A DNA stretch of 23,033 bases from a virus. Taxonomy: Duplodnaviria; Heunggongvirae; Uroviricota; Caudoviricetes. This document shows positions 1 through 12,527 of the stretch, one piece after another. A program made the position numbers and the translations under genes. The stretch lies in the IMG/VR virus record IMGVR_UViG_2648501841_000003; one strand, given 5' to 3'. The number at the start of each line of letters is the position of its first letter. The first letter of the stretch is position 1. Below the pieces are notes generated by a model. That model searched no databases. It saw only the letters and a program-made list of their open reading frames with translations, and was not told the origin of the DNA.

Positions 1-228
1 TCCATTTACGAATGTTTGCTGGGTTTCTGTTTTAACAACATTTTCTGCGCCGCCACAAATTTTAGCTGCATCGACAGTTTTCTTCTGCCCAATTCCAGAG
101 ACGAAGAAATGGTGGGTGATGGTTTCCTTTGGTGTTACTGCTGCCGGTTTGTTTTGAACAGTAAACGTCTGTTGGGCACATCCTGTAATAAGCAGGGCCA
201 GCGCAGTAGCGAGTAGCATTTTTTTCAT
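1..228 (-). CDS. bor: Bor outer-membrane lipoprotein (serum-resistance lysogenic-conversion protein); N-terminal 76 codons, 3' end runs off the window start
   Basis: Reverse-complement translation from ATG (complement of 226-228) gives MKKMLLATALALLITGCAQQTFTVQNKPAAV..., a lipoprotein signal peptide with lipobox LITGC, matching lambda Bor as I recall it. Opposite strand to the late genes, as in lambda. Confidence 0.85.
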   Translation of the reverse strand, partial: MKKMLLATALALLITGCAQQTFTVQNKPAAVTPKETITHHFFVSGIGQKKTVDAAKICGGAENVVKTETQQTFVNG

Positions 229-519
229 GGTGTTATTCCCGATGCTTTTTAAAGTTCGCAGAATCGTATGTGTAGAAAATTAAACAAACCCTAAACAATG
301 AGTTGAAATCTCATATTGTTAATATTTATTAATGTATGTCAGATGCGAAGGATCGTCACTGTATTCCCGGATTAACTATGTCCGCAGCCCTGACAGGGAA
401 ACTCCTCTGCGGGAGTGTCCGGGAATAATTAATAACGATGCACACAGGGTTTAGCGCGTACACGTATTGCATTATGCCAACGCCCCGGTGCTGACACGGA
501 AGAAACCGGACGTGATGAT

Positions 520-930
520 TTAGCGTGGAAAGATTTGTGTAGTGTTCTGAATGCTCTCAGTAAATAGTAATGAATTATCAAAGGCATAGTAATATCTTTT
601 ATGTTCGTGGATATTTGTAACCCATCGGAAAACTCCTGCTTTAGCAAGATTTTCCCTGTATTGCTGAAATGTGATTTCTCTTGATTTCAACCTATCATAG
701 GACGTTTCTATAAGATGCGTATTTCTTGAGAATTTAACATTCACAACCTTTTTAAGTCCTTTTATTAACACAGTGTTATCGTTTTCTAACACAATGTGAA
801 TATTATCTGTGGCTAGATAGTAAATATAATGTGAGACATTGTGACGTTTTAGTTCAGAATAAAACAATTCACAGTTTAAATCTTTTCGCACTTGATCGAA
901 TATTTCTTTAAAAATGGCAACCTGAGCCAT
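520..930 (-). CDS. ybcV: DUF1398-family protein (lambda p78 / DLP12 YbcV-like); ORF is open upstream to 1053 (177 aa) but the start at 930 has the better SD
   Basis: Six-frame ORF 520-1053 on the - strand. The internal Met ([11 protein letters not shown]...) is preceded by GGAAGG about 10 nt upstream and gives 136 aa; the upstream ATGs have no recognisable SD. Position between bor and the cos-proximal small ORFs matches lambda. Confidence 0.65.
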   Translation of the reverse strand: MAQVAIFKEIFDQVRKDLNCELFYSELKRHNVSHYIYYLATDNIHIVLENDNTVLIKGLKKVVNVKFSRNTHLIETSYDRLKSREITFQQYRENLAKAGVFRWVTNIHEHKRYYYAFDNSLLFTESIQNTTQIFPR

Positions 931-1215
931 TGGTAAAACCTTCCATGTGATACGAGGGCGCGTAGTTTGCATTATCGTTTTTATCGTTTCAATCTGGTCT
1001 GACCTCTTTGTGTTTTGTTGATGATTTATGTCAAATATTAGGAATGTTTTCAATTAATAGTATTGGTTGCGTAACAAAGTGCGGTCCTGCTGGCATTCTG
1101 GAGGGAAATACAACCGACAGATGTATGTAAGGCCAACGTGCTCAAATCTTCATACAGAAAGATTTGAAGTAATATTTTAACCGCTAGATGAAGAGCAAGC
1201 GCATGGAGCGACAAA

Positions 1216-1422
1216 ATGAATAAAGAACAATCTGCTGATGATCCCTCCGTGGATCTGATTCGTGTAAAAAATATGCTTAATAGCACCATTTCTATGAGTT
1301 ACCCTGATGTTGTAATTGCATGTATAGAACATAAGGTGTCTCTGGAAGCATTCAGGGCAATTGAGGCAGCGTTGGTGAAGCACGATAATAATATGAAGGA
1401 TTATTCCCTGGTGGTTGACTGA
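1216..1422 (+). CDS. ybcW: small hypothetical protein, 68 aa (lambda p79 / YbcW-like)
   Basis: 68-aa [27 protein letters not shown]...; position and length correspond to the small ORF upstream of cos in lambda and DLP12-type prophages. Confidence 0.6.
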
Positions 1423-1586
1423 TCACCATAACTGCTAATCATTCAAACTACTTAACCTGTGACAGAGCCAACACGCAGTCTGTCACTGTCAGGAAAGTGG
1501 TAAAACTGCAACTCAATTACTGCAATGCCCTCGTAATTAAGTGAATTTACAATATCGTCCTGTTCGGAGGGAAGAACGCGGGATGT

Positions 1587-1781
1587 TCATTCTTCATCAC
1601 TTTTAATTGATGTATATGCTCTCTTTTCTGACGTTAGCCTCCGACGGCAGGCTTCAATGACCCAGGCTGAGAAATTTCCGGACCCTTTTTGATCAAGAGC
1701 GATGTTAATTTGTTCAATCATTTGGTTAGGAAAGCGGATGTTGCGGGTTGTTGTTCTGCGGGTTCTGTTCTTCGTTGACAT
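1587..1781 (-). CDS. small basic protein, 64 aa, with ribbon-helix-helix-like core (DUF3950 / YlcI-like), function unknown
   Basis: 64-aa ORF MSTKNRTRRTTTRNIRFPNQMIEQINIALDQKGSGNFSAWVIEACRRRL...: Arg-rich N-terminus, then a beta-strand-like IRFP segment and helices typical of Arc/MetJ/CopG folds. Weak SD (GGGG) upstream; sits about 200 bp from cosN. Confidence 0.45.
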   Translation of the reverse strand: MSTKNRTRRTTTRNIRFPNQMIEQINIALDQKGSGNFSAWVIEACRRRLTSEKRAYTSIKSDEE

Positions 1782-1980
1782 GAGGTTGCCCCGTATTCAG
1801 TGTCGCTGATTTGTATTGTCTGAAGTTGTTTTTACGTTAAGTTGATGCAGATCAATTAATACGATACCTGCGTCATAATTAATTATTTGACGTGGTTTGA
1901 TGGCGTAGATGCACGTTGTGACATGTAGATGATAATTATTATCATTTTGCGGGTCCTTTCCGGCGATCCGACAGGTTACG

Positions 1981-1992
1981 GGGCGGCGACCT
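1981..1992. other. cosN: the 12-nt cohesive-end sequence GGGCGGCGACCT where terminase nicks; virion right and left ends are joined here
   Basis: Exact GGGCGGCGACCT preceded by ...CCGACAGGTTACG (lambda right end) and followed by CGCGG...TTTATGAAAATTTTCCGGTTTAAGGCGTTTCCGTTCTTCTTCG (lambda left end). Confidence 0.9.
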
Positions 1993-2032
1993 CGCGGTTT
2001 TTCACTATTTATGAAAATTTTCCGGTTTAAGG

Positions 2033-2148
2033 CGTTTCCGTTCTTCTTCGCCGTAACCTAATGTTTTTATTTAAAACACCCCCTGAAAAGAAAGGAAACG
2101 ACAGGTGCTGAAAACGGGCTTTTTGGCCTCTGTCGTTTCCTTTCTCTG
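2033..2148. promoter_or_regulatory. cosB: terminase small-subunit binding repeats R3 (2033-2048), R2 (2091-2104, inverted) and R1 (2134-2148), with an AT-rich IHF-like site between R3 and R2
   Basis: Three copies of the CGTTTCC(T/G)TTCT core are visible. R2 and R1 form a perfect 14-bp inverted repeat (AAAGGAAACGACAG at 2091-2104 / CTGTCGTTTCCTTT at 2130-2143). Lies immediately upstream of Nu1. Confidence 0.8.
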
Positions 2149-2169
2149 TTTTTGTCCGTGGAATGAACA

Positions 2170-2689
2170 ATGGAAGTCAACAAAAAGCAGCTGGCTGACA
2201 TTTTCGGCGCGAGTATCCGTACCATTCAGAACTGGCAGGAGCAGGGAATGCCCGTTCTGCGGGGTGGTGGCAAGGGTAATGAGGTACTTTATGACTCTGC
2301 CGCCGCCATAAAATGGTATGCCGAAAGGGATGCTGAAATTGAGAACGAAAAGCTGCGCCGGGAAGTTGAAGAACTGAGGCAGGACAGCGAGACAGATCTC
2401 CAGCCAGGGACTATTGAGTACGAACGCCATCGACTTACGCGTGCGCAGGCCGACGCACAGGAACTGAAGAATGCCAGAGACTCAGCTGAAGTGGTGGAAA
2501 CCGCATTCTGTACTTTCGTGCTGTCGCGGATCGCAGGTGAAATTGCCAGTATTCTCGACGGGATCCCCCTGTCGGTGCAGCGGCGTTTTCCGGAACTGGA
2601 AAACCGACATGTTGATTTCCTGAAACGGGATATCATCAAAGCCATGAACAAAGCAGCCGCGCTGGATGAACTGATACCGGGGTTGCTGA

Positions 2690-2715
<26 letters not shown>
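2170..2715 (+). CDS. nu1: terminase small subunit Nu1 (DNA-recognition subunit, winged-HTH N-terminus)
   Basis: 181-aa ORF MEVNKKQLADIFGASIRTIQNWQEQGMPVLRGGGKGNEVLYDSAAAIKWYAERD...; recognised as lambda Nu1. Directly downstream of cosB and overlaps the start of A. Confidence 0.95.
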
Positions 2716-6396
<3,681 letters not shown>

Positions 6397-6416
<20 letters not shown>

Positions 6417-7716
6417 TCTCCCGCATATTGCCAGCATGGCTTTTAATGAGCCGCTGATGCTTGAACCCGCCTATGCGCGGGTTTTCTTTTGTGCGCTTGC
6501 AGGCCAGCTTGGGATCAGCCGCCTGACGGATGCAGTATCCGGCGACAGCCTGACTGCCGGAGAGGCACCCGCGGCGCTGGCGTTATCCGGTGATGATGAC
6601 GGACCACGACAGGCCCGGAGTTATCAGGTCATGAACGGCATCGCCGTGCTGCCGGTGTCCGGTACGCTGGTCAGCCGGACGCGGGCGCTGCAGCCGTATT
6701 CGGGAATGACCGGTTACAACGGCATTATCGCCCGTCTGCAACAGGCTGCCAGCGATCCGATGGTGGACGGCATTCTGCTCGATATGGACACACCGGGCGG
6801 GATGGTGGCGGGAGCATTTGACTGTGCTGACATCATCGCCCGTGTGCGAGACATAAAACCGGTATGGGCGCTGGCCAACGACATGAACTGCAGTGCAGGT
6901 CAGCTGCTTGCCAGCGCCGCCTCCCGGCGTCTGGTCACGCAGACCGCCCGGACAGGCTCCATCGGCGTCATGATGGCTCACAGTAATTACGGTGCTGCCC
7001 TGGAGAAACAGGGCGTGGAAATCACGCTGATTTACAGCGGCAGCCATAAGGTGGATGGCAACCCCTACAGCCATCTACCGGGTGATGTCCGGGAAACACT
7101 GCAGTCCCGGATGGATGCAACCCGCCGGATGTTTGCGCAGAAGGTGTCGGCATATACCGGCCTGTCCGTGCAGGCTGTGCTGGATACCGAGGCTGCAGTG
7201 TACAGCGGTCAGGAGGCCATTGATGCCGGACTGGCTGATGAACTTGTCAACAGCACCGATGCGATCACCGTTATGCGTGATGCACTGGATGCACGTAAAT
7301 CCCGTCTCTCAGGAGGGCGAATGACCAAAGAGACTCAATCAACAACTGTTTCAGCCACTGCTTCGCAGGCTGACGTTACTGGCGTGGTGCCAGCGACGGA
7401 GGGCGAAAACGCCAGCGCGGCGCAGCCGGACGTGAACGCGCAGATCACCGCTGCGGTTGCGGCAGAAAACAGCCGCATTATGGGGATCCTCAACTGTGAG
7501 GAGGCTCACGGACGCGAAGAACAGGCCCGCGTGCTGGCAGAAACCCCCGGTATGACCGTGGAAACGGCCCGCCGCATTCTGGCCGCAGCACCACAGAGTG
7601 CACAGGCGCGCAGTGATACTGCGCTGGATCGTCTGATGCAGGGGGCACCGGCACCGCTGGCTGCAGGTAACCCGGCATCTGATGCCGTTAACGATTTGCT
7701 GAACACACCAGTGTAA
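6397..7716 (+). CDS. C: head maturation protease C (S49/ClpP-like serine peptidase); GTG start inside the 3' end of B
   Basis: The ORF is open from 6262, but the sequence VTAELRNLPHIASMAFNEPLMLEPAYARVFF begins at GTG 6397, which is preceded by AGGAGGAGAAGA. 439 codons, overlapping B by 20 nt as in lambda. Confidence 0.9.
7111..7716 (+). CDS. nu3: scaffolding protein Nu3, from an in-frame internal start within C
   Basis: ATG at 7111 is in frame with C and gives MDATRRMFAQKVSAYTGL... sharing the C stop codon. This is the known nested C/Nu3 arrangement of lambda. Confidence 0.8.
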   Translation: MDATRRMFAQKVSAYTGLSVQAVLDTEAAVYSGQEAIDAGLADELVNSTDAITVMRDALDARKSRLSGGRMTKETQSTTVSATASQADVTGVVPATEGENASAAQPDVNAQITAAVAAENSRIMGILNCEEAHGREEQARVLAETPGMTVETARRILAAAPQSAQARSDTALDRLMQGAPAPLAAGNPASDAVNDLLNTPV

Positions 7717-7725
7717 GGGATGTTT

Positions 7726-8058
7726 ATGACGAGCAAAGAAACCTTTACCCATTACCAGCCGCTGGGCAACAGTGACCCGGCTCATACCGCAACCGCGCCC
7801 GGCGGATTGAGTGCGAAAGCGCCTGCAATGACCCCGCTGATGCTGGACACCTCCAGCCGTAAGCTGGTTGCGTGGGATGGCACCACCGACGGTGCTGCCG
7901 TTGGCATTCTTGCGGTTGCTGCTGACCAGACCAGCACCACGCTGACGTTCTACAAGTCCGGCACGTTCCGTTATGAGGATGTGCTCTGGCCGGAGGCTGC
8001 CAGCGACGAGACGAAAAAACGGACCGCGTTTGCCGGAACGGCAATCAGCATCGTTTAA
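7726..8058 (+). CDS. D: head decoration protein D
   Basis: 110-aa [55 protein letters not shown]...; the two upstream in-frame codons (MF) are probably not used. Confidence 0.95.
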   Translation: MTSKETFTHYQPLGNSDPAHTATAPGGLSAKAPAMTPLMLDTSSRKLVAWDGTTDGAAVGILAVAADQTSTTLTFYKSGTFRYEDVLWPEAASDETKKRTAFAGTAISIV

Positions 8059-8078
8059 CCTGACCCTTCATCACTAAA

Positions 8079-8100
8079 GGCCGCCTGTGCGGCTTTTTTA
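8079..8100 (+). terminator. short GC stem-loop followed by a T-run between D and E (terminator- or attenuator-like)
   Basis: GGCCGC-CTGT-GCGGC followed by TTTTTT; the stem is only 5-6 bp, so this may be a partial terminator or an mRNA-stabilising hairpin. Confidence 0.3.
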
Positions 8101-8112
8101 CGGGATTTTTTT

Positions 8113-9138
8113 ATGTCGATGTACACAACCGCCCAACTGCTGGCGGCAAATGAGCAGAAATTTAAGTTTGATCCGCTGTTTCTGCGTCTCTTTTTCCGTG
8201 AGAGCTATCCCTTCACCACGGAGAAAGTCTATCTCTCACAAATTCCGGGACTGGTAAACATGGCGCTGTACGTTTCGCCGATTGTTTCTGGTGAGGTTAT
8301 CCGTTCCCGTGGCGGCTCCACCTCTGAATTTACGCCGGGATATGTCAAGCCGAAGCATGAAGTGAATCCGCAGATGCCCCTGCGTCGCCTGCCGGATGAA
8401 GATCCGCAGAATCTGGCGGACCCGGCTTACCGCCGCCGTCGCATCATCATGCAGAACATGCGTGACGAAGAGCTGGCCATTGCTCAGGTCGAAGAGATGC
8501 AGGCAGTTTCTGCCGTGCTCAAGGGCAAATACACCATGACCGGTGAAGCCTTCGATCCGGTTGAGGTGGATATGGGCCGCAGTGCGGCGAACAACATCAC
8601 GCAGTCCGGCGGCACGGAGTGGAGCAAGCGTGACAAGTCCACGTATGACCCGACCGACGATATCGAAGCCTACGCGCTGAACGCCAGCGGCGTGGTGAAT
8701 ATCATCGTGTTTGACCCGAAAGGCTGGGCGCTGTTCCGTTCCTTCAAAGCCGTCAGGGAGAAGCTGGATACCCGTCGCGGCTCTCATTCCGAACTGGAGA
8801 CAGCGGTAAAAGACCTGGGCAAAGCGGTGTCTTATAAGGGAATGTATGGCGATGTGGCCATCGTCGTGTATTCCGGACAGTACGTGGAAAACGGCGTCAA
8901 AAAGAACTTCCTGCCGGACAACACGATGGTGCTGGGGAACACTCAGGCACGCGGTCTGCGCACCTATGGCTGCATTCAGGATGCGGACGCACAGCGCGAA
9001 GGCATTAACGCCTCTGCCCGTTACCCGAAAAACTGGGTGACCACCGGCGATCCGGCGCGTGAGTTCACCATGATTCAGTCAGCACCGCTGATGCTGCTGG
9101 CTGACCCTGATGAGTTCGTGTCCGTACAACTGGCGTAA
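8113..9138 (+). CDS. E: major capsid protein E (HK97-fold)
   Basis: 341-aa ORF MSMYTTAQLLAANEQKFKFDPLFLRLFFRESYPFTTEKVYLSQIPGLVNMALYVSPIVSGEVIRSRGG...; length and position as lambda gpE. Confidence 0.95.
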   Translation: MSMYTTAQLLAANEQKFKFDPLFLRLFFRESYPFTTEKVYLSQIPGLVNMALYVSPIVSGEVIRSRGGSTSEFTPGYVKPKHEVNPQMPLRRLPDEDPQNLADPAYRRRRIIMQNMRDEELAIAQVEEMQAVSAVLKGKYTMTGEAFDPVEVDMGRSAANNITQSGGTEWSKRDKSTYDPTDDIEAYALNASGVVNIIVFDPKGWALFRSFKAVREKLDTRRGSHSELETAVKDLGKAVSYKGMYGDVAIVVYSGQYVENGVKKNFLPDNTMVLGNTQARGLRTYGCIQDADAQREGINASARYPKNWVTTGDPAREFTMIQSAPLMLLADPDEFVSVQLA

Positions 9139-9140
9139 TC

Positions 9141-9166
9141 ATGGCCCTTCGGGGCCATTGTTTTTC
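9141..9166 (+). terminator. perfect 7-bp hairpin with TTCG loop and T-rich tail immediately after the E stop
   Basis: ATGGCCC-TTCG-GGGCCAT then TGTTTTTCTG; sits between E and FI. Confidence 0.4.
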
Positions 9167-9179
9167 TGTGGAGGAGTCC

Positions 9180-9578
9180 ATGACGAAAGATGAACTGATT
9201 GCCCGTCTCCGCTCGCTGGGTGAACAACTGAACCGTGATGTCAGCCTGACGGGGACGAAAGAAGAACTGGCGCTCCGTGTGGCAGAGCTGGAAGAGGAGC
9301 TTGATGACACGGATGAAACTGCCGGTCAGGACACCCCTCTCAGCCGGGAAAATGTGCTGACCGGACATGAAAATGAGGTGGGATCAGCGCAGCCGGATAC
9401 CGTGATTCTGGATACGTCTGAACTGGTCACGGTCGTGGCACTGGTGAAGCTGCATACTGATGCACTTCACGTCACGCGGGATGAACCTGTGGCATTTGTG
9501 CTGCCGGGAACGGCGTTTCGTGTCTCTGCCGGTGTGGCAGCCGAAATGACAGAGCGCGGCCTGGCCAGAATGCAATAA
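9180..9578 (+). CDS. Fi: DNA-packaging accessory protein FI
   Basis: ORF open from 9141, but MTKDELIARLRSLGEQLNRDVSLTGTKEEL begins at ATG 9180, preceded by GGAGGAG; 132 aa. Confidence 0.9.
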   Translation: MTKDELIARLRSLGEQLNRDVSLTGTKEELALRVAELEEELDDTDETAGQDTPLSRENVLTGHENEVGSAQPDTVILDTSELVTVVALVKLHTDALHVTRDEPVAFVLPGTAFRVSAGVAAEMTERGLARMQ

Positions 9579-9589
9579 CGGGAGGCGCT

Positions 9590-9943
9590 GTGGCTGATTT
9601 CGATAACCTGTTCGATGCTGCCATTGCCCGCGCCGATGAAACGATACGCGGGTACATGGGAACGTCAGCCACCATGACATCCGGTGAGCAGTCCGGCGCA
9701 GTAATACGTGGTGTTTTTGATGACCCTGAAAATATCAGCTATGCCGGACAGGGCGTGCGTGTTGAAGGCTCCAGCCCGTCCCTGTTTGTCCGGACTGATG
9801 ATGTGCGGCAACTGCGGCGTGGAGACACGCTGACCATCGGTGAGGAAAACTTCTGGATAGACCGGATTTCGACGGATGATGGCGGAAGCTGTCATCTCTG
9901 GCTTGGGCGGGGCGTACCGCCTGCCGTTAACCGTCGTCGCTGA
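9590..9943 (+). CDS. Fii: head completion / head-tail connector protein FII
   Basis: 117-aa ORF MADFDNLFDAAIARADETIRGYMGTSATMTSGEQSGAVIRGVFDDPENISYAGQGVRVEG...; synteny. Confidence 0.9.
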   Translation: MADFDNLFDAAIARADETIRGYMGTSATMTSGEQSGAVIRGVFDDPENISYAGQGVRVEGSSPSLFVRTDDVRQLRRGDTLTIGEENFWIDRISTDDGGSCHLWLGRGVPPAVNRRR

Positions 9944-9954
9944 AGGGGGGATGT

Positions 9955-10533
9955 ATGGCCATAAAAGGTCTTGAGCAGGCCGTTGAAAACCTCAGTCGTA
10001 TCAGCAAAACGGCGGTGCCTGGTGCGTCAGCAATGGCCATTAACCGCGTTGCTTCATCCGCGATATCGCAGTCGGCGTCACAGGTTGCCCGTGAGACAAG
10101 GGTACGCCGGAAACTGGTAAAGGAAAGGGCCAGGCTGAAAAGGGCCACGGTTAAAAATCCGCAGGCCAGAATCAAGGTTAACCGGGGGGATTTGCCCGTA
10201 ATCAAGCTGGGTAACGCGCGGGTTGTCCTGTCCCGACGCAGGCGTCGTAAAAAGGGGCAGCGTTCATCCCTGAAAGGTGGCGGCAGCGTGCTTGTGGTGG
10301 GAAACCGTCGTATTCCCGGCGCGTTTATTCAGCAACTGAAAAATGGCCGGTGGCATGTCATGCAGCGTGTGGCCGGGAAAAACCGTTACCCCATTGATGT
10401 GGTGAAAATCCCGATGGCGGTGCCGCTGACCACGGCGTTTAAACAGAATATTGAGCGGATACGGCGTGAACGTCTTCCGAAAGAGCTGGGCTATGCGCTG
10501 CAGCATCAACTGAGAATGGTAATAAAGCGATGA
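9955..10533 (+). CDS. Z: tail completion protein Z
   Basis: 192-aa ORF; position between FII and U. Confidence 0.9.
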   Translation: MAIKGLEQAVENLSRISKTAVPGASAMAINRVASSAISQSASQVARETRVRRKLVKERARLKRATVKNPQARIKVNRGDLPVIKLGNARVVLSRRRRRKKGQRSSLKGGGSVLVVGNRRIPGAFIQQLKNGRWHVMQRVAGKNRYPIDVVKIPMAVPLTTAFKQNIERIRRERLPKELGYALQHQLRMVIKR

Positions 10534-10925
10534 AACATACTGAACTCCGTGCAGCCGTACTGGATGCACTGGAGAAGCATGACACCGGGGCGACGTTTTT
10601 TGATGGTCGCCCCGCTGTTTTTGATGAGGCGGATTTTCCGGCAGTTGCCGTTTATCTCACCGGCGCTGAATACACGGGCGAAGAGCTGGACAGCGATACC
10701 TGGCAGGCGGAGCTGCATATCGAAGTTTTCCTGCCTGCTCAGGTGCCGGATTCAGAGCTGGATGCGTGGATGGAGTCCCGGATTTATCCGGTGATGAGCG
10801 ATATCCCGGCACTATCAGATTTGATCACCAGTATGGTGGCCAGTGGCTATGACTACCGGCGCGACGATGATGCGGGCCTGTGGAGTTCAGCCGATCTGAC
10901 TTATGTCATTACCTATGAAATGTGA
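10530..10925 (+). CDS. U: tail terminator protein U
   Basis: 131-aa [51 protein letters not shown]...; ATGA overlap with Z. Confidence 0.9.
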   Translation: MKHTELRAAVLDALEKHDTGATFFDGRPAVFDEADFPAVAVYLTGAEYTGEELDSDTWQAELHIEVFLPAQVPDSELDAWMESRIYPVMSDIPALSDLITSMVASGYDYRRDDDAGLWSSADLTYVITYEM

Positions 10926-10932
10926 GGACGAT

Positions 10933-11673
10933 ATGCCAACACCAAATCCTCTGGCACCGGTGAAAGGGGCCGGGACCACACTGTGGGTTTATAACGGGAA
11001 CGGCGACCCATATGCAAACCCGCTTTCAGACAATGACTGGTCGCGTCTGGCAAAGGTTAAAGACCTGACGCCCGGCGAACTGACCGCTGAGTCCTATGAC
11101 GACAGTTATCTCGATGATGAAGATGCGGACTGGGCCGCGACCGGACAGGGGCAGAAATCCGCTGGAGATACCAGCTTCACGCTGGCGTGGATGCCCGGAG
11201 AGCAGGGGCAGCAGGCGCTGCTGGCGTGGTTTAATGAAGGTGATACCCGTGCCTATAAAATCCGCTTCCCGAACGGCACGGTCGATGTGTTCCGCGGCTG
11301 GGTCAGCAGTATCGGTAAGGCGGTGACGGCGAAGGAAGTGATCACCCGCACGGTGAAAGTCACCAACGTGGGACGTCCGTCGATGGCAGAAGATCGCAGC
11401 ACGGTAACAGCGGCAACCGGCATGACCGTGACGCCTGCCAGCACCTCGGTGGTGAAAGGGCAGAGCACGACGCTGACCGTGGCATTCCAGCCGGAAGGCG
11501 CAACCGACAAGAGCTTCCGTGCGGTGTCTGCGGATAAAACAAAAGCCACCGTGTCGGTCAGTGGTATGACCATCACCGTGAAAGGTGTTGCTGCAGGCAA
11601 GGTCAACATTCCGGTCGTATCCGGTAATGGTGAGTTTGCTGCGGTTGCAGAAATCAACGTCACCGCCAGTTAA
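10933..11673 (+). CDS. V: major tail tube protein V with C-terminal Ig-like (Big_2-type) domain
   Basis: [20 protein letters not shown]... begins at the ATG at 10933 (the ORF is open from 10903); 246 aa. The C-terminal ~80 aa are a Thr/Val-rich beta-sandwich-like segment ([65 protein letters not shown]). Confidence 0.95.
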   Translation: MPTPNPLAPVKGAGTTLWVYNGNGDPYANPLSDNDWSRLAKVKDLTPGELTAESYDDSYLDDEDADWAATGQGQKSAGDTSFTLAWMPGEQGQQALLAWFNEGDTRAYKIRFPNGTVDVFRGWVSSIGKAVTAKEVITRTVKVTNVGRPSMAEDRSTVTAATGMTVTPASTSVVKGQSTTLTVAFQPEGATDKSFRAVSADKTKATVSVSGMTITVKGVAAGKVNIPVVSGNGEFAAVAEINVTAS

Positions 11674-11688
11674 TCCGGAGAATCAGCG

Positions 11689-12111
11689 ATGTTCCTGAAA
11701 ACCGAATCATTTGAACATAACGGCGTGACCGTCACGCTTTCTGAACTGTCAGCCCTGCAGCGTATTGAGCATCTCGCCCTGATGAAACGGCAGGCAGAAC
11801 AGGCGGAGTCAGACAGCAACCGGAAGTTTACTGTGGAAGACGCCATCAGAACCGGCGCTTTTGTGGTGGCGATGTCCCTGTGGCATAACCATCCGAAGAA
11901 GACGCAGATGCCGTCCATGAATGAAGCCGTTAAACAGATTGAGCAGGAAGTGCTTACCACCTGGCCCGCGGAGGCAATTTCTCATGCTGAAAACGTGGTG
12001 TACCGGCTGTCCGGTATGTATGAGTTTGTGGTGAATGATGCCCCTGAACAGGCAGAGGACGCCGGGCCTGCAGAGCCTGTTTCTGCGGGAAAGTGTTCGA
12101 CGGTGAGCTGA
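11689..12111 (+). CDS. G: tail assembly chaperone G
   Basis: 140-aa ORF MFLKTESFEHNGVTVTLSELSALQRIEHLALMKRQAEQAESDSNRKF...; ends shortly after the slippery site. Confidence 0.9.
   Translation: MFLKTESFEHNGVTVTLSELSALQRIEHLALMKRQAEQAESDSNRKFTVEDAIRTGAFVVAMSLWHNHPKKTQMPSMNEAVKQIEQEVLTTWPAEAISHAENVVYRLSGMYEFVVNDAPEQAEDAGPAEPVSAGKCSTVS
12087..12093 (+). promoter_or_regulatory. -1 programmed ribosomal frameshift slippery heptamer G GGA AAG that produces the G-T fusion
   Basis: GGGAAAG is in the G zero frame (gcg GGA AAG tgt); the -1 frame is open from here to 12527. Confidence 0.85.
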
Positions 12112-12527
12112 GTTTTGCCCTGAAACTGGCGCGCGAGATGGGGCGACCCGACTGGCGTGCCATGCTTGCCGGGATGTCATCCACGGAGTATGCCGACTGG
12201 CACCGCTTTTACAGTACCCATTATTTTCATGATGTTCTGCTGGATATGCACTTTTCCGGGCTGACGTACACCGTGCTCAGCCTGTTTTTCAGCGATCCGG
12301 ATATGCATCCGCTGGATTTCAGTCTGCTGAACCGGCGTGAGGCTGACGAAGAGCCTGAAGATGATGTGCTGATGCAGAAAGCGGCAGGGCTTGCTGGAGG
12401 CGTTCGTTTTGGCCCGGACGGGAATGAAGTTATCCCCGCTTCCCCGGATGTGGCGGACATGACGGAGGATGACGTAATGCTGATGACAGTATCAGAAGGG
12501 ATCGCAGGAGGAGTCCGGTATGGCTGA
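12093..12527 (+). CDS. T: tail assembly chaperone T, expressed only as a G-T fusion by -1 frameshifting (11689..12527 overall)
   Basis: The -1 frame relative to G is open to 12527 with no independent SD or start signal, and ends where H begins. This is the conserved G/GT arrangement upstream of the tape measure gene. Confidence 0.85.
   Translation: MFDGELSFALKLAREMGRPDWRAMLAGMSSTEYADWHRFYSTHYFHDVLLDMHFSGLTYTVLSLFFSDPDMHPLDFSLLNRREADEEPEDDVLMQKAAGLAGGVRFGPDGNEVIPASPDVADMTEDDVMLMTVSEGIAGGVRYG

Noticed and set aside
16-216. 66-aa plus-strand ORF at the window start
   Set aside because: Antisense to bor, which is clearly recognised on the minus strand; Cys/Phe-rich nonsense frame.
1456-1493. 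Imperfect inverted repeat between the 68-aa ORF and the RHH-like ORF, considered as a bidirectional terminator
   Set aside because: The stem is imperfect and there is no T-run or A-run on either side; too weak to call.
2105-2311. 68-aa plus-strand ORF overlapping cosB and the start of Nu1
   Set aside because: It overlaps the terminase-binding repeats and Nu1 in another frame, and its start is the GTG inside cosB. It is not expected to be a gene.
8236-8787. 183-aa minus-strand ORF inside E
   Set aside because: Antisense to the major capsid gene; Arg-rich spurious frame.
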